DNA of 64,000 bases, taken from the NCBI GenBank assembly GCA_951406725.2, contig OX597814.1, positions 182,466,001 through 182,530,000 on the forward strand. Direction: 5' to 3'. The translations under genes and the position numbers were made by a program. Positions 38,660 to 52,259 of this stretch are shown piece after piece. Numbering within the stretch: position 1 is the first letter of the stretch; the number at the start of each line of letters is the position of its first letter. Origin of the DNA: Octopus vulgaris. Lineage: Eukaryota. Below the pieces are notes generated by a model, which was given only the letters and a program-made list of their open reading frames with translations, was not told the origin of the DNA and ran no database searches.

Positions 38660-40249
38660 TTAAATTAGTGAAGCTATTCCTAGTGCATTGAGAATATTAC
38701 TTAACTTACTCAAAGTAGTAGAGTAAGTTCAACTATCTGAACAGGTAAAAAATTTGACTTCTTGGTTGTCCAGGCTATCTTCAAGAACCAGTCTGTCAAA
38801 AATCCTGCTTTTGTGAAATTATAATTTACATTGATTACATACCAACAGTTTGTAGAGAAATATATACATATAAATGTGGCTAGATTCAAAATTAGGATTT
38901 TCATTGATTTGAAAATCCAACTATTATTACTTGGAACTAAAACTTCCTATTAAGGTATTTAATCTGAGAATAGTAGGATGTCTGTTAATTATACAAGAGA
39001 GTAAATAATTTGTTGACAAATGATTTCCTTCCCTACATTTTTATCAACTATTTATATCTATTTAATCATTTACGTAGATATGCTTATTTTGCAGATAAAA
39101 ATTGATTTAAGGATTTCTCATGACAAAATTCAAAAACAAAAACAATTATACTCTCATCACCTATGGATTAATGCTATCAACTTCTCAGATGACCATTTAT
39201 AATGCAGAATAAAATTGAGTCTTCCTTTAAAAAAAATAATAAATAAAAGATCATTACCCAGAGATGTTTGTCCTCATAGCATTAAAGTTTTTAAAACTAG
39301 CTTTTGTGTTCTTGGTTTACTTACTGGATACTGTAGGAGAATTAGTATTTTACAATAACATCAATTAAAGAAGAAAAGCTGGATACAAATTCTGTAAGTT
39401 TTAAGACAAACTAGCATTGCTTTCTTTCAACCTCAGTTCTAAACTTTCATTATCCTGGAGATAAAACACTATACCAGGAGCATATTATTTATAGTTAATA
39501 CTGTTTTAATGGGTGTCCATATTTTTTCTTGCTGCCCTTATTTTTATATAAAATTTTGTATTTATCTAAATTGTGTTATATGTTACATTTATATTTCTAA
39601 ATTAAAACCCTTGATATTTGCTTAGATTTGATGAAATATTTACTTGGAACATTGGTAGTTTCTCAATGTCAACTCATCATCCAAAATAATGTAGTAATAC
39701 TAGTTTTTTAGGTTACAAAAATGTCCCATGGAAATATGGTTTGGGTTCGTATCAGTAAAAACTTTACATAATGTATGATTCTTGAGTGTGTCGTGGAGAG
39801 AACTAATTTGCCTACGATATGTTTAAACCAAGATTTCAATTACTGCTTTGATCCATAGTTTAGATTGTTCAGCTATTGTCAAATTGATTTCTTTTCAGCA
39901 AATATACTGTGAAGACAATGTCAAAAGTTGTTTCATGTTCTCTCAAGATTTGCAAGTGGTCTGTGTATCTTACAGTACTGGCAGTTTTAGTAAAATCTTC
40001 ATTACAATTAATCCTAATTAAATATAAAAATTCAGCAACGTGTCAAAATATCATTGTTAAGCCCCAGGTTATGTTCGACCAAGCAGACCTAAGACATATT
40101 CTCTGTCAGTCAATCATAAAAGTGTGATCTGCAGATCGTAACAGTATTACTAGCAGGCCATACAAGCACCTAGCTTATTTGCTCATAATGGTTGGGCTGT
40201 TTTTAGTTTAATCTAGTTCAATTTTGATCAAGCAAAATACATTAATGTA

Positions 40250-40449
40250 GTCTGGGGAGAGTCATTTTCTTTTTGTGCCTTATAATTTAACACTCACCGG
40301 TAAAATTTCTACTTAAATAAGTGGAAATTTTACCGGTGAGTGTGTTAAATTATAAGGTACAAAAAGAAAATGACTCTCCCCAGACAACAGAATATGCTTC
40401 AACACACGAACTCACATAAAGAATCTTGCAAACAAAATCCAAAAACGAA
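40250..40449. mobile_element. 200-bp insertion containing a ~66-bp near-perfect fold-back (inverted retroelement end)
   Basis: Arms 40250-40315 and 40318-40385; 11-bp TSD acattaatgta at 40239-40249 and 40450-40460. Confidence 0.75.
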
Positions 40450-42266
40450 ACATTAATGTACTCATTCCGTCTTTTAGGAATATCACTAGGACCAGGAAAT
40501 ATTCCTGTCCTCTCCTTTTAAGACAACGGGGTATTGCTTTGGAGGAATGTTTGGCTGCTATTTCTTGGGCTGTAACGTAATGGTTCCTTCGTTGGTATAT
40601 GCTACTTTTTTTTATATATATATTTCTTTGGGGTCAGTGTTGTATGAGCTGATGGACGTTAGGATTAACTAGAGAATGGTGGGAAAGCGTGTTGACGATG
40701 TCATGATTGTAAGCATTTGAAAAAGCTGTGATGTTAACATATAAAGATTAAGTCTGTATAACCTTGTTATATATTTAGTTCTTACTTGTGTTCAATATGT
40801 GACGTAAATTATTAAAATACAATCATAAATCGAAGGGAAGTTACTCCTACTACTATCGATTCTTTTATATACTTCATTTAGTGAACTACATACATATAGT
40901 CAGAATTTCGTGATCTATTTAACGTATTTGTGAAACAATGTAACTTCCTTTCTTATGTACTTTTTAACTGTCAATTTTTCGGTTTCCCCATATCTATCCT
41001 TATTTGATTTATTAAACCTTAGTGAGCAATTTAATCATTCAAACTTACAGAATTGAAGGAAGCAAAATTAAAAATGAACTTAGTAAAACTTCTAATTTAC
41101 AAGTACATGAAGATAAATTATTTTTAGTTATGTAAATTTAGCACACAAAAATGAAAACGATTTTTATATAGAATTCATGTCAAATTTGTGCTGCATTTTC
41201 TAGAGCAGGTCGATTACAAAAATGTAAGGTTGTACTTTCGAAGTATCTAGATTGGCATGTATTAATAATCTATATTTCATACATAGTCGAAGTAATCAAA
41301 CGTTAAAAACAATTTTTTAAAATACTAGTTACTGTATTGATTTCAAATTAGACAATCGGAACATATATTCATGTCTTAATCTGCGCAATGGACGGGCCTG
41401 CACGAATAGAAGCCAAAACTCCTTCATCACATTCCCTCTTCTTTAAAAAAAAAATGGACACTGAATAAAATACTCTGAAATACAGTGTCGCCCCTTTCTC
41501 CGTGCGTTTTGCTTTTATAGAGACATCGACGATCATAACCGCCAAGCCAAAGTCTGAAGGTTCACGACTAAATAGCAAATGCTTTTCTTGTGAGATTTTG
41601 ACATTATTTAAAAAAGGTCATCTCTGATTACTTTCTTAACCGAAACTTTTTGAATGTAGTTTATGGGCTTTTGGCCAGTCATATCTGAATCTTATTGAAG
41701 CTATCGTTTGAAAAACACGCGGTATGTATTAACATATGCTATAGACAGAAGAAATATTGCTGGTCATTTGTATGAAATACTCTTAAACAATCTCAGAGAC
41801 CATTGCCACGTTTTTAGTGGTTGAATTATTGGGTTACTGGTAATGATGGACAACACTTTGTTAACAATTAACAGAAATTCTATTCACTGCAAAAAGAATT
41901 TTCCATATTGGTCTCTGAATGAAGAATACAAATAATAATTTATATACACAGGAATAGATACACTCAGCAGTTATGACGATAGATGATTAGTGTAGCTCCG
42001 AGACTACATTGTCAGGATTGGATAAAAATTATGCTAAATTTATGACAGCAAATCTGTGGCTGCCAGCTATTCGGCTGAAATTAGTTATTAAAACTATCAG
42101 CATTCTGTATATGCAAATGGTTGGAGGATGAAAATATGAGTGCGAAGTTCGGGAAACGACTGTTTTTCCTTCTGTATCTGCAAAGGGTAGTGGATAACAT
42201 GAGAATTGAGCTGCCACCGCAAAAGGATTGACATTCTCTGGTAAGAGTTGCGGCGCATCTCACCCG

Positions 42267-43271
42267 GCTGCGAAATTTTTTTCCCCACGAGAGTTCCGGA
42301 CCCCAGTAATGAACTCATTCGCATTACAGCCCAACAAAACATTCGCGAATCTGTTAAAAACAACCAATCTCGGATCTTTTCCTTTTGATCGGATACTAGT
42401 AGAATGTATCATATAGAACATCTGTTACTGTTACCGCTGCTGAGAAAAGTTTCTATTTACGAAGTTATTTCGTGTTAAAGTTGTCGTATTTGGGTAATTT
42501 CAACCAATCAATGATGTCTATTGAGCTGAATAAAGTTACTGCTGTTGTTTGTCAACAACAACTTCCGGCTGTGGTGTCCCCCCCCTCCCCAAAAGTGGAT
42601 TTGGGGCAAAAAAAACCCCAGAAAATGGAGAGGGGGTGGGACACACCACGACCGGAAGTTGTTGACAAACAACAGCAGTAATTTTATTCAGCTGAATACA
42701 CGTCATTGATTGGTTGAAATTACCGAAATACGACAACTTTAACACGAAATAACTTCGTAAATAGAAACTTTTCTCAACAGCGCTAAGAGTAAAAGATGTT
42801 CTATATGACACATTCTACTAGTATCCGAAGTTCGAAAGTGTTTAGTTAAAAAAAAAAAAATTATCGACATGCCGATCAAAAAGATCCCCAATCTCTTGGT
42901 AAAACACACCCTACCAAGTAAACTTAAGACGAAGAATGGTGTTGTAAGTCGACCGATCGCCAAGTTATGTCTGATTTTAGACAAATAATTAGATTTGCAT
43001 CTATACCTATTATCGGATTTTGTTAGGGCCCCATATGGTAAAGATGTGGATGGGAAAAATGTGGGTAGAGGGTGATGTGCTAGCAACCCTCTCCTCTTTT
43101 TGTTTTACAAAGTAAACAACAACACATATAACTACGCAGAGGCAGCCATGGTTGAAACAAGAACAAGCATTATTAAAAGAGAAAAGAAGCATGAGCTCTG
43201 ATTGGCTGTATGCAAATGAGTTCATAACTAGGGTCTGGAACTCTCGTGGCGGGGAAAAAAATTCACTCAGC
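42267..43271. mobile_element. Old non-autonomous DNA element with ~70-bp TIRs
   Basis: 42267-42334 (aattttttccccacgagagttccggaccccagtaatgaactcatt..) is the reverse complement of 43201-43271. Confidence 0.55.
42372..42887. mobile_element. Merlin-like MITE subfamily with ~180-bp internal inverted arms
   Basis: Ends ggatctttt / aaaagatcc; 8-bp TSD ccaatctc at 42364-42371 and 42888-42895; arms ~42390-42568 and 42652-42827. Confidence 0.85.
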
Positions 43272-45455
43272 TTCAGTATTTATCGAAAATCTTATTTTAT
43301 TTATCTATTTATTTATTTTTGTCATATGGAAGCAAAAAAAAATTAGTTTTCGGATCGGAACGCTCACATCTTTTCAAAGTTTGCGATTCCGGGTTCATTT
43401 GACAAGTGTTTGTTACTACAGTCTCGGGTCAATGAAACTTGGTAAATGGGACCGTGTTAAAGCCTGCCGGAGAGACTGTTCCATTTAGGGATTTTCTGAC
43501 TTAATCCGACGTCCGGTTTAACATCATTAACAGGTCCATTAGTGCGGAGTCCACTCTATTACAACTATTCAAGCCAGAACTACGATTAGAGGATGACTTT
43601 CTCCCACCAGTCTCGGGGCACAAAAACGTTTTGGGCGCTAGTTTTCCTACTTTAACTAAGACATCAAAATATTAATAAATAATAAATTAATAAATAAAAT
43701 TAATGAATAAAAAGCCCATTAGTATTGCAAGTAAAGTAAAATAACAACAATTAAAATGCGAACCGGATTACTAAGTCGATTCACCAGGAATTTATTTTTA
43801 CAATCCGATGTTCACCATAGCTTGGCTGAAGGAATGGTGATTATGAATTAAAAGCGGCGGGGGAGGTCAACGATGCACGAAAATGTATTATCTTTTATTA
43901 ATGCAACAATACTATAAGAATATCGAATCAATATAAGCCGGGTGCTTTTCACTTTATTCACAAACAATATTTTCGGTCACATTTACTCAATATATTTTAT
44001 AATAGTCATCACTTAATGTATTTGTTGTGTAATTCCCCAGATCAAACAGATCTATAATATATTGATTGTGTTGCCGAACTCAAACTTTTATATTATTTGT
44101 CGACAAATGTACTTTTAAAATCAATAACCTCCGAAGTGAATACTATATTGTTTGTGTCTAAAACCGGTTTGCGGAATTAAGTTGCGCTAATTCTTTTATT
44201 AATTTCAGTCATAAACAGCGACACAATGGTTGAGTTTTATGTTCTGAGTTGGGAGGGACATACGTCAACAGTTCTATTCACACCAGTATTATAAACATTC
44301 TTTCGAGGTCGAAAACGATTATCTCCCAGATTTAGTAAAGCACTCTTCGAGTTGATATGCGATAAGATAGATGCCTCAGAGCACGAATCATGTTATTGAT
44401 CAAGTCCTTTCCCTCCAGATGAAATCCACGGAACATCAAATGATAATTTGTTTCCTGACACTGAATAAATTCCCCCATGAAGGAAATGCTTTTAATTTAA
44501 GCCAACTTAAATTTTCTTTCAAACGGTTTTTAAAAGTCAAATTAAAATACTCAGAGGATAGAAATTATATTTATATCAATTACACGGCATTAGAAAAGTT
44601 GTACATGTCGGTATGAAGATAAAAAGGTTGTTAAACAAGATTGGGAACGAGGATAAATGATATATTGAAACAAAATCCAAAGCCAGAACAGCGAAAACCT
44701 GTAGATTCAAACAAAATGATAAGGAAGAATTCAGTGAATCGGGTAGTTTATTCGGAACAAATCACTAAACATCAGTAGTACAAAGGCTCCTGAAGATCGG
44801 ATGAAGATTTAACTCATTAAACCTTTATATGATTAACTTTTATTTATGCAAGTAAAGAATTATTAATGTTCTCATGTTTTTTTTTGTTTATTTTAGGGTT
44901 CAAAAGTAGCTCAATTTTATGATCTTTATGTCAAAGCCGAAAAGTCCTCTGCACGAGCTAAACTTAAGCCCGCCTCGTGAAGATTATTGGCTACACAGGC
45001 GCGCGTGTGCATGTGTGTATATGCAAAACGCAAGACAAGAGCACACAGTATTTGAAAGTTTATATTTGATGGAAAACGGTGCGTTCACACTATTGTTATT
45101 CAGAATTTTACAGAGTGTCTAACGAAGGCATTTGAGCCGAAACTTTGAAGTCACTGTCAACCTTTTCCTTGTAAAAAATATAACATGATGCTCTACTTAA
45201 AGGCATTGAGTAATCTGTGACGTATCTGGAGCGTGAGCGCCTAAACCAGCCTCTTAAGTTTGCCACCCCCATCGGAGTCAATACAACTTATACGGACTAG
45301 TGCAGCAGACCCAAAAATGCGCCCCATAAAAAGCGTCGCCCGGAGCGGACCGTCTCCCTACCCGCCAGCTACACTACTGTTAGTGACTCTTCTATTAATG
45401 TTTGTTTTTAAGTGTGGGGTGAGAGAGAGAGGGCGTGACCCAGTGGTTAGTATTG

Positions 45456-45879
45456 GGATCTTTTCGGTTTGAACGGCAGTTTTTCTATCGGCGTTATATG
45501 AAATTGTCACCCATAATTATGACCCTAGTATCAATCTATTACATTTCAATAGATTGATTTTAGGGTTAGGGTTAATTAGGGGTGGAGGAAGGGTATCTAT
45601 TTTTTCTTCAGTAATGTAAATAAACCCAATCTGTTTCTTAAACGAGGGACATATTCATACGGCACAGAATGTTTTCACCTCAATAGACGTCATTGATTGC
45701 TTGAAATTGCAGAAATTGAAGAAAAAAAACAACAAATATCTTACGAACTATAGAATTTTCTCAATAAAGCCAAGAGAAAAAGATGTTGTATAAACACATT
45801 CTACCAGTATACGAAGTTTAAAAGTGTTTAGTTACATGTAAATTATTTTTTTTAAAATCCGGTCAAACCGAAAAGATCC
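45456..45879. mobile_element. Merlin-like MITE
   Basis: TIR ggatcttttcggtttga / tcaaaccgaaaagatcc; 8-bp TSD tagtattg at 45448-45455 and 45880-45887. Confidence 0.88.
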
Positions 45880-46071
45880 TAGTATTGCTCACACGATCGC
45901 GAGATCGTAGGTTCGATTGAGCAAAACACTGCGATCAATTCGACATCTGGCATGTGACACACCGTGCACCTGTATTGGCAATATCGATTTCACGGAGCTA
46001 ACGAACAGTACAGAGATTTGATCGCCATATAAACTTGTGTAAAAAAAATTGCAGAACCCTCATATGTCTAA

Positions 46072-46589
46072 CTAGCAGTATCGCCCGGCGTTGCTCGGGT
46101 TTGTAAGGGAAATAACTATATAAGCATTTTTAGAGAGTTACTTCCTTTATAGATGCCAATTCGGGCTTTCTTAGCCATTTCTGTTTTGGTGTCTTCAAGC
46201 CATGAAGTCGTTGTTCTAAAAAAACGCTGGTCTCCTTGACAACGCATTACGACGTTGATTTCCTTAAACTCCCTTCCCCACAGCTTCACGAGGGAGGGAA
46301 GAAGGGGGAGAAGCAAACACAGGTGCAGGTGTTTGAGCGTGGACCCCAACTCCGCCGCCATCGACACACGAAAAATTATGCATTAAAATGGAATAAAAAA
46401 ATGATGTTAAATTATTTTTAAAATCGTAGACTCATCGTAGACGCGCGCTAATAGCCAGACGGGCTCGATATTAATCACGACTATAAGATACCCGAATTTG
46501 GTTAAACTGCACCGCAAAATGTGGGAGGAGTTAGGAATCTAAATCGTAGGAGACAGACACTCACACAACTACAGTTTTATATATATAGA
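46072..46589 (-). mobile_element. Non-autonomous Helitron
   Basis: Minus strand reads a|TCtatatatataaa...cccgagcaacgccggg-cgatactg-CTAG|t: 5' TC, subterminal GC hairpin, 3' CTAG, inserted at A|T with no TSD. Confidence 0.85.
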
Positions 46590-46852
46590 TATGACAGGGA
46601 AGTCTACGATTGTTCGATCAATCGATGGGCATGCCAAGTCTACAGACGCTGGCGATCATGGACCTCCATGCCAAAGTCTAAAGATACAAGATTTTCCTTG
46701 GAAAAGGGTTTTCTGAGACACATGCCTAGGGGCAAGCCCTCTTCCGCGTCCTGATTACTTAGCCATAAGACCATATATATAAATATTGTATGTATATGTG
46801 TGTATATATATAATATATATATATATGTGTGTGTGTGTATGTATGTTATGTA

Positions 46853-47063
46853 CAAGGTGCGGCAGAAATACCTCCCACATTTGAAAGGTTCACAAAAGGA
46901 AAAAGAAACAACATTTATGAAAAATTAATTTTACTGTTGTTTAAAGAAAGGCTTACAGTTTCTGTTCATTAGCTAAATGAAAACATCATTGACACTTGCA
47001 TAAGTTCATTGGCAACACATAGGTGAAAGTTTAAAATGTGGGAGGTATTTCTGCCGCACCTTG
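46853..47063. mobile_element. Tc1/mariner-type MITE
   Basis: Perfect 30-bp TIR caaggtgcggcagaaatacctcccacattt with TA TSD on both sides. Confidence 0.88.
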
Positions 47064-47076
47064 TACATATATATAC

Positions 47077-47115
<39 letters not shown>

Positions 47116-48290
47116 TAATGTATGTATGTGGAGGGGTAGGATCGAGTAGCCATTCCGTTTGTTACTCAAACATTGTTCGTCTAGAGCTACATTGACCATA
47201 AGCCTCTCATTTTAAGTAGTTGGATGTAGTTTGAGGAAACTTTGGTTGCTATTTCTGGCATATCGAACAAACACATTGTTTCATCTGCCACCTACGTTGC
47301 AAAGCATGAATGTTACCAGCTGTGGCTCTTTACAGTTAATCAAATATAGATTGCTATGGAATACTTCATAAAATATTTCCCTAATTTTCTAGAACTAGAA
47401 AAACTCATCAACATGGTCTTTAAGATGATTTAGTTAAACTGAATTGGCGTGCATTTTTTTTTTTAATATTTAGTCCTGCATTTTTGGATAACAGAAAATG
47501 TTAGATAAATTGACACGTAAGTATTCACTGCAACTATACAACTTAATGTGTAGTTAGTTGATGCTATTTCTTACTAACGTTCATTATTTAATAGTAATTT
47601 GCGTTATTTCCCCCTTTTTAACAAGGGTGGTGAGGTGAAGTTATAGTTGATTGGGTTCGTCCCTTTGAGAAACGAAATGCATAAATGACTTCGGTCTGTA
47701 TTTGAACTCAAGACCATGAAATTGCAGAAACTACAAACTTATTTATTAAACTTTTGGACTGTTTATACTTACTAATTTCCGGCGTGGATTACAACTAGTT
47801 TCCTTATATCCTACTCTTCACTGCAAACTTAGTTTGGGTATAAAGTTTGCATCGTGACGGGTATCGTAAGACAAGTAATTCGTGGTAATCAATTGCCGTG
47901 TAAAAAGTATTATTGACAATAAAAAAAGAGGTCGTGTTGATGGTAGAGAGAACGAAATGAAAAACAGAAGCAATTGCTAAAAACTTTCTTTCTTTCTTTC
48001 TCTCTATTTGAAGTTAATTGGACTTGAAACGTAAATTGGTTTATGAGGTCATTGTGACGTTGAATAGAAACAGCATTTCAAGGTAACGGACTCCACCGAC
48101 TCAAAGACAGTAGGGGACTTTATCATTTCGGAAATTTGGAGTTTTACGAAAAGAAAATTGATTTTCTGAGCGTTATATCCCCAGTTTTATCCAAATAATA
48201 TTTAAATTTTAAAATTCAAATTCTTCTCGTTCTTCGAGAACCTTTTTTTTTTTATTTATTTATTTTAAGTTTATCTAACCAAAGTGCAAC

Positions 48291-48305
48291 ATGCCGTTCA
48301 ACAAG
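48291..48305 (+). CDS. Putative first coding exon (MPFNK) of the VTD-like gene; exon 48270-48305
   Basis: Polypyrimidine tract and ttaag acceptor at 48269, caacATG context, donor AAG|gtagga, phase 0 matching the exon at 57789. A possible upstream UTR exon ends AAG|gtaacg at 48082. Confidence 0.5.
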
Positions 48306-49506
48306 GTAGGAATTCTGCTTTTTGAAGACAAGTACATTGTAATAAACAGCTTTAATTTTTAATGTTAGGCTTTTTTATTACAAGTTCCTTTATGAATTTC
48401 TATAACTTGAATAGATATGATGTTTATTATAAATTTTATTTCCATCTAAAATGTACATCTTTTAGAACATTGTCATTTCATAAGATTTTGCTGACAAATT
48501 ATTAAATTAGCATAGAAAATTACGGGAGAACTTTATTCTACTTCTTTCAAATCTTTCTGCTAAAATTGAATTAAAACCATTTCTGGGGAAGAAAGAGAGA
48601 GAGAGAGAGAAACAATGTAGCACCAAGCCCTTTAACTGGTCGCACACCACAAAGTTCAACGGGAAAACTTCTATGTGTTGTATTCTTAAACTAGATTAAA
48701 GACACTCAGATTGGACAATGTAGCAAATTTCATTTCACATTTCTTACTGAAGTGTGTAATTTAGGAAATGTTAGTGATAACAGTTTCTTCTGTTTTTAAT
48801 ATTCAAAAATAAACTATTTATCTGTGACCTTATTTCCTAAACAACTGTTTTATTTTCATATATAGTATATAAACATATACATCTTTTAGAATATTGTCAT
48901 TTTATAAGATTGCTGGCAAACTGCACAAACTTTCATAAAATTTAATATTAGTATTGAATAGATGTGTCATTTAGACCTTATAGTGTTATGGCAATAGAAT
49001 ATTCATACCTATGATATGATGGAAGCTCAAATTCATCACACCATACTTTATACGTAACGCCTACTCTGTAACTATTTATACTACTACGATTTTGTCGTTT
49101 TTGTTAAAAACCTATATATTGATATTTGACAAAGACGATTTCATATCACCATACTGTGGCTGTTTATTCAGCAATAATTGGTATGACTTTAATGATGATT
49201 TCTAACTTAGGCACAAGACCAACAATTTTGAGGGGAAGGGATTAGTCAATACCATCAACCCCAGTACTTGACTAGTACTTTATTTTATTGATGCAAAGTT
49301 GATGCTGGAAGAATGGATGGCACTGAAGGGATGAAAGGAAAAGTAAACATGGGAGGGATGAAAGGTAAAGTTGACCCTGGCGGGATTTGAGCATAGAATG
49401 TAAAGAGAACAAGTGCTGGAAAGCAGTTTTTTCCAGTGCTCTAACTATTCAGCCAGCTCACTGCTTTTGTAAGTCTTTAATAGTGATAAACAATAATACA
49501 AATCAA

Positions 49507-49815
49507 TAGGTGCAGGAGTGGCTGTGTGGCAAGTAGCTTGTTTACCAACCACATGGTTCCGGGTTCAGTCCCACTGCGGGCTGACTAAAGCCTTGTGAGT
49601 GGATTTGGTAGACGGAAACTGAAAGAAGCCCGTCGTATGTATATATATATATATGTATGTTTGTGTTTGTCCCCATCACTTAGCGGTTCGGCAAAAGAGA
49701 CCAATAGAATAAGTACTGGGCTTACAAAGAATAAGTCCCAGGGTCGAGTTGCTCGATTAAAGGCGGTGCTCCAGCATGGCCGCAGTCAAATGACTGAAAC
49801 AAGTAAAAGAGTAAA
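49507..49815 (+). mobile_element. SINE family A (internally deleted)
   Basis: Head and tail match. Confidence 0.85.
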
Positions 49816-49816
49816 C

Positions 49817-50360
49817 TAGTATTTTAACAATAAGTTATTATTGTATACAGTGCTCAGATGCACCACAACTTGTCGAAAATACGTATAAAGCATATGCAGT
49901 AATGTACAAATGTCTGGGAAGTGAACAGTATATGAGTCAGATACATGCTTGCGTGTGTATGGAGGGGAGAAAATCAGGTGTAGTGTTGGCGAATCTCAGG
50001 AAGCATGGAAGTTTTGAAGGATGCAGTGCTCCAGCAACTAACAACTGATGCTGGCAGTTTGTTCCATGCTTCAGCAACTCTTAGCGGGAAAAAATGTTTC
50101 TGAAAGTCATGGGAGCTGTGCTGTTTTCTGACTTTGTAAACAGGTCCACGGGTGTTAAACAGATGGAGTTTGAAAAGGTGCTCAGAGTTATTGTTAGTAA
50201 GATGGTTAATAATTTTATGGGTGTCTGCCAAGCCAGCTGCCAGACGTCGGAGTTTCAATGTATCCATGCCCAGGGAAGTAAGGCGTTCAGAATATGGCAA
50301 ATGCTTGATGGAGGGTATTCTCTTGGTTGCATGTCGCTGCACAGTTTCCTGACGATTAAT
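49817..50360 (-). mobile_element. CR1-clade LINE 3' fragment
   Basis: ORF 49974-50342 QRHATKRIPSIKHLPYSERL..LKLRRL..NTRG..FFPLRVAEAWNKLPASVV is a typical CR1 ORF2 C-terminus. Confidence 0.85.
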
Positions 50361-51565
50361 ATCTTGGGCAAGATAGGGGTTTATTATTCCTATGATTTAA
50401 TGAAAGTCGTAATAAAATGAAGAGTTGCAGTGGGCAAGGGACTAAAGAATGCATCTTCGTTCTTCTATTTATTGTTGAAATGAAAACTGATAATTACTTT
50501 GTGGGTTTTCATAAGTGAGATTGCATTTTCATTCACAAGAAAGAATGCACAATGTGTTGCAAGGTCAAAATGTCTGCCAACATTGTACAATACTTGTGTC
50601 GTATTGCTCCAAACAAGTAGATTGAAATTTTGTACTATGATGATTAATAATATTAATGATTTCCTGTCATAGACACATCAACCAATCATTCAAATTGACT
50701 TGATATATAGATTTTCTGCATATTTTCTTTCACATGCTAAAATAAAAGAATATTTAAATATGCATTGCACGCTTTTCTTTTTTTTTTTTTCTTTCTAATG
50801 ACTGATTTGAGCATTTCAATAATAGTGCAAGAAGTTGCTGGACTGGTTTAAATTCAGTATTAATAGTATCCTTCTCTTTAGTAATTCTTTAGTTCTATAG
50901 TTTGCTATAGCAACCAGCTGTGCCACCTCATTGTGCTACATGATGATATTCATGACATAAAGTCTTAACTAAAAGAAGAAGAAAAAAAAAAAGAAATTGG
51001 TATAGACTAGATAACAGCAGTTTTATCCATGACACTTTGGTCAGGTGTCTGAAATGATTTGACCAGCTGTAGCTTTCCATTGATATGTCCACTTCTAAAG
51101 ATTGTTTCTAGTTTCCCAAACTTTGGATACAATCTAAATTAGAACCACTTCTACTAATTGCAAAGGCCTGCCAAGATCTTGTACTGTTATCTAAGGTACT
51201 GGCTAAACTGCATCGGCCCAACAAGTTAGAAATTAAAAACTAGACTGGGATCAAGAGCAATAGACATTGCTTAGCTCTCTCTCTATCCCTCTCTTGCTGG
51301 ATATTAAATGATGATGAGGATGAGGATATAGCCATCTAAGAATCCGTAAGCCAGGAAAAAATGCGCTAACATATTTGTCAGTAGAGTGGGCATAATAATC
51401 GAAGTGTACAGTATTACATATCCATAGCAGTTGATCTTACCAACCGGTTTTGCACTAGGAGTTCTATGGAGTATTAGGTAATAGTCTGTGCTCTTCAGAT
51501 ATGATAGTAATAACTGCCATCTCTGATCGGCCATAATGGATATATAATACCATATACTTCGATTA

Positions 51566-51603
<38 letters not shown>

Positions 51604-51683
51604 AAGGGTGGAAAGGAACACACGAGTTGATATATATGAAAAAACAAGTCAAAAATAGAAAATGCTAAGATGATTTTATAGTG

Positions 51684-51736
51684 AATCTTTCAGTACCGGT
51701 TTCGGTCATTTTGAGACCTTTTCAACTGTAACGATT
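51684..51736 (-). ncRNA. Type I hammerhead ribozyme (U3-A8 core variant), inverted copy
   Basis: Exact reverse complement of 53163-53215. Confidence 0.65.
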
Positions 51737-52259
51737 AAATAATTAAATTTAGAAAAATTAGAAGAAAGGTTTTTTTAAAGGAATACTTCCATAGTAGTGT
51801 TCAGATATAGGTGGCATTCTGCCTTTCTCTGACTCCCTTGTTTGCACTTGTGTATTCGAGGTCGTTGTGAGTTCTTGAGGGGGTGGGAGTGGGAAAATCT
51901 GGGCTGGTCAGTGGTGACCGGCAGTCGCTGCGTAGGCGTTATACTTAAAGACATTAGTGACAAGGTTAAGGGGTAGAAGTTGGAGAAGTAGAAGAAGAAG
52001 AAGAAGATGACGGTGCCGATGATGATGACGATGAAGAAGGAGAAGGAGAAGATGACGATGATGATGGTGGTGATGACGATGACGACGATGATGATGATAA
52101 TGATGATGATGAAGAAGAAGAAAAAAAACAGAGAAGGGAGAATATGAATGGGTGAAGATATAGCTGTGATGGGGCGATTAGTAATGGATTCTATGGAATG
52201 TAATATTTGTGTGTGTATATATATTTCTTTTATTCTTAAGTTGAGGTATATTAATTGTT

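Larger units (their letters stand above)
45431..46765 (+). mobile_element. tRNA-derived SINE split by a MITE and a Helitron
   Basis: Head gggcgtgacccagtggttagtattg resumes at 45888 (ctcacacgatcgcgagatcgtaggttcgatt) and again after 46590. Confidence 0.55.

Noticed and set aside
43201-43217. CCAAT plus octamer (ATGCAAAT) suggesting an snRNA or histone promoter
   Set aside because: It lies in one arm of the 42267/43271 inverted repeat. No recognisable snRNA, 7SK, RNase P/MRP or telomerase RNA follows.
45561-45582. ttaggg units suggesting an interstitial telomere or telomerase template
   Set aside because: Only 2-3 units, internal to the Merlin-like MITE and present in its other copies.
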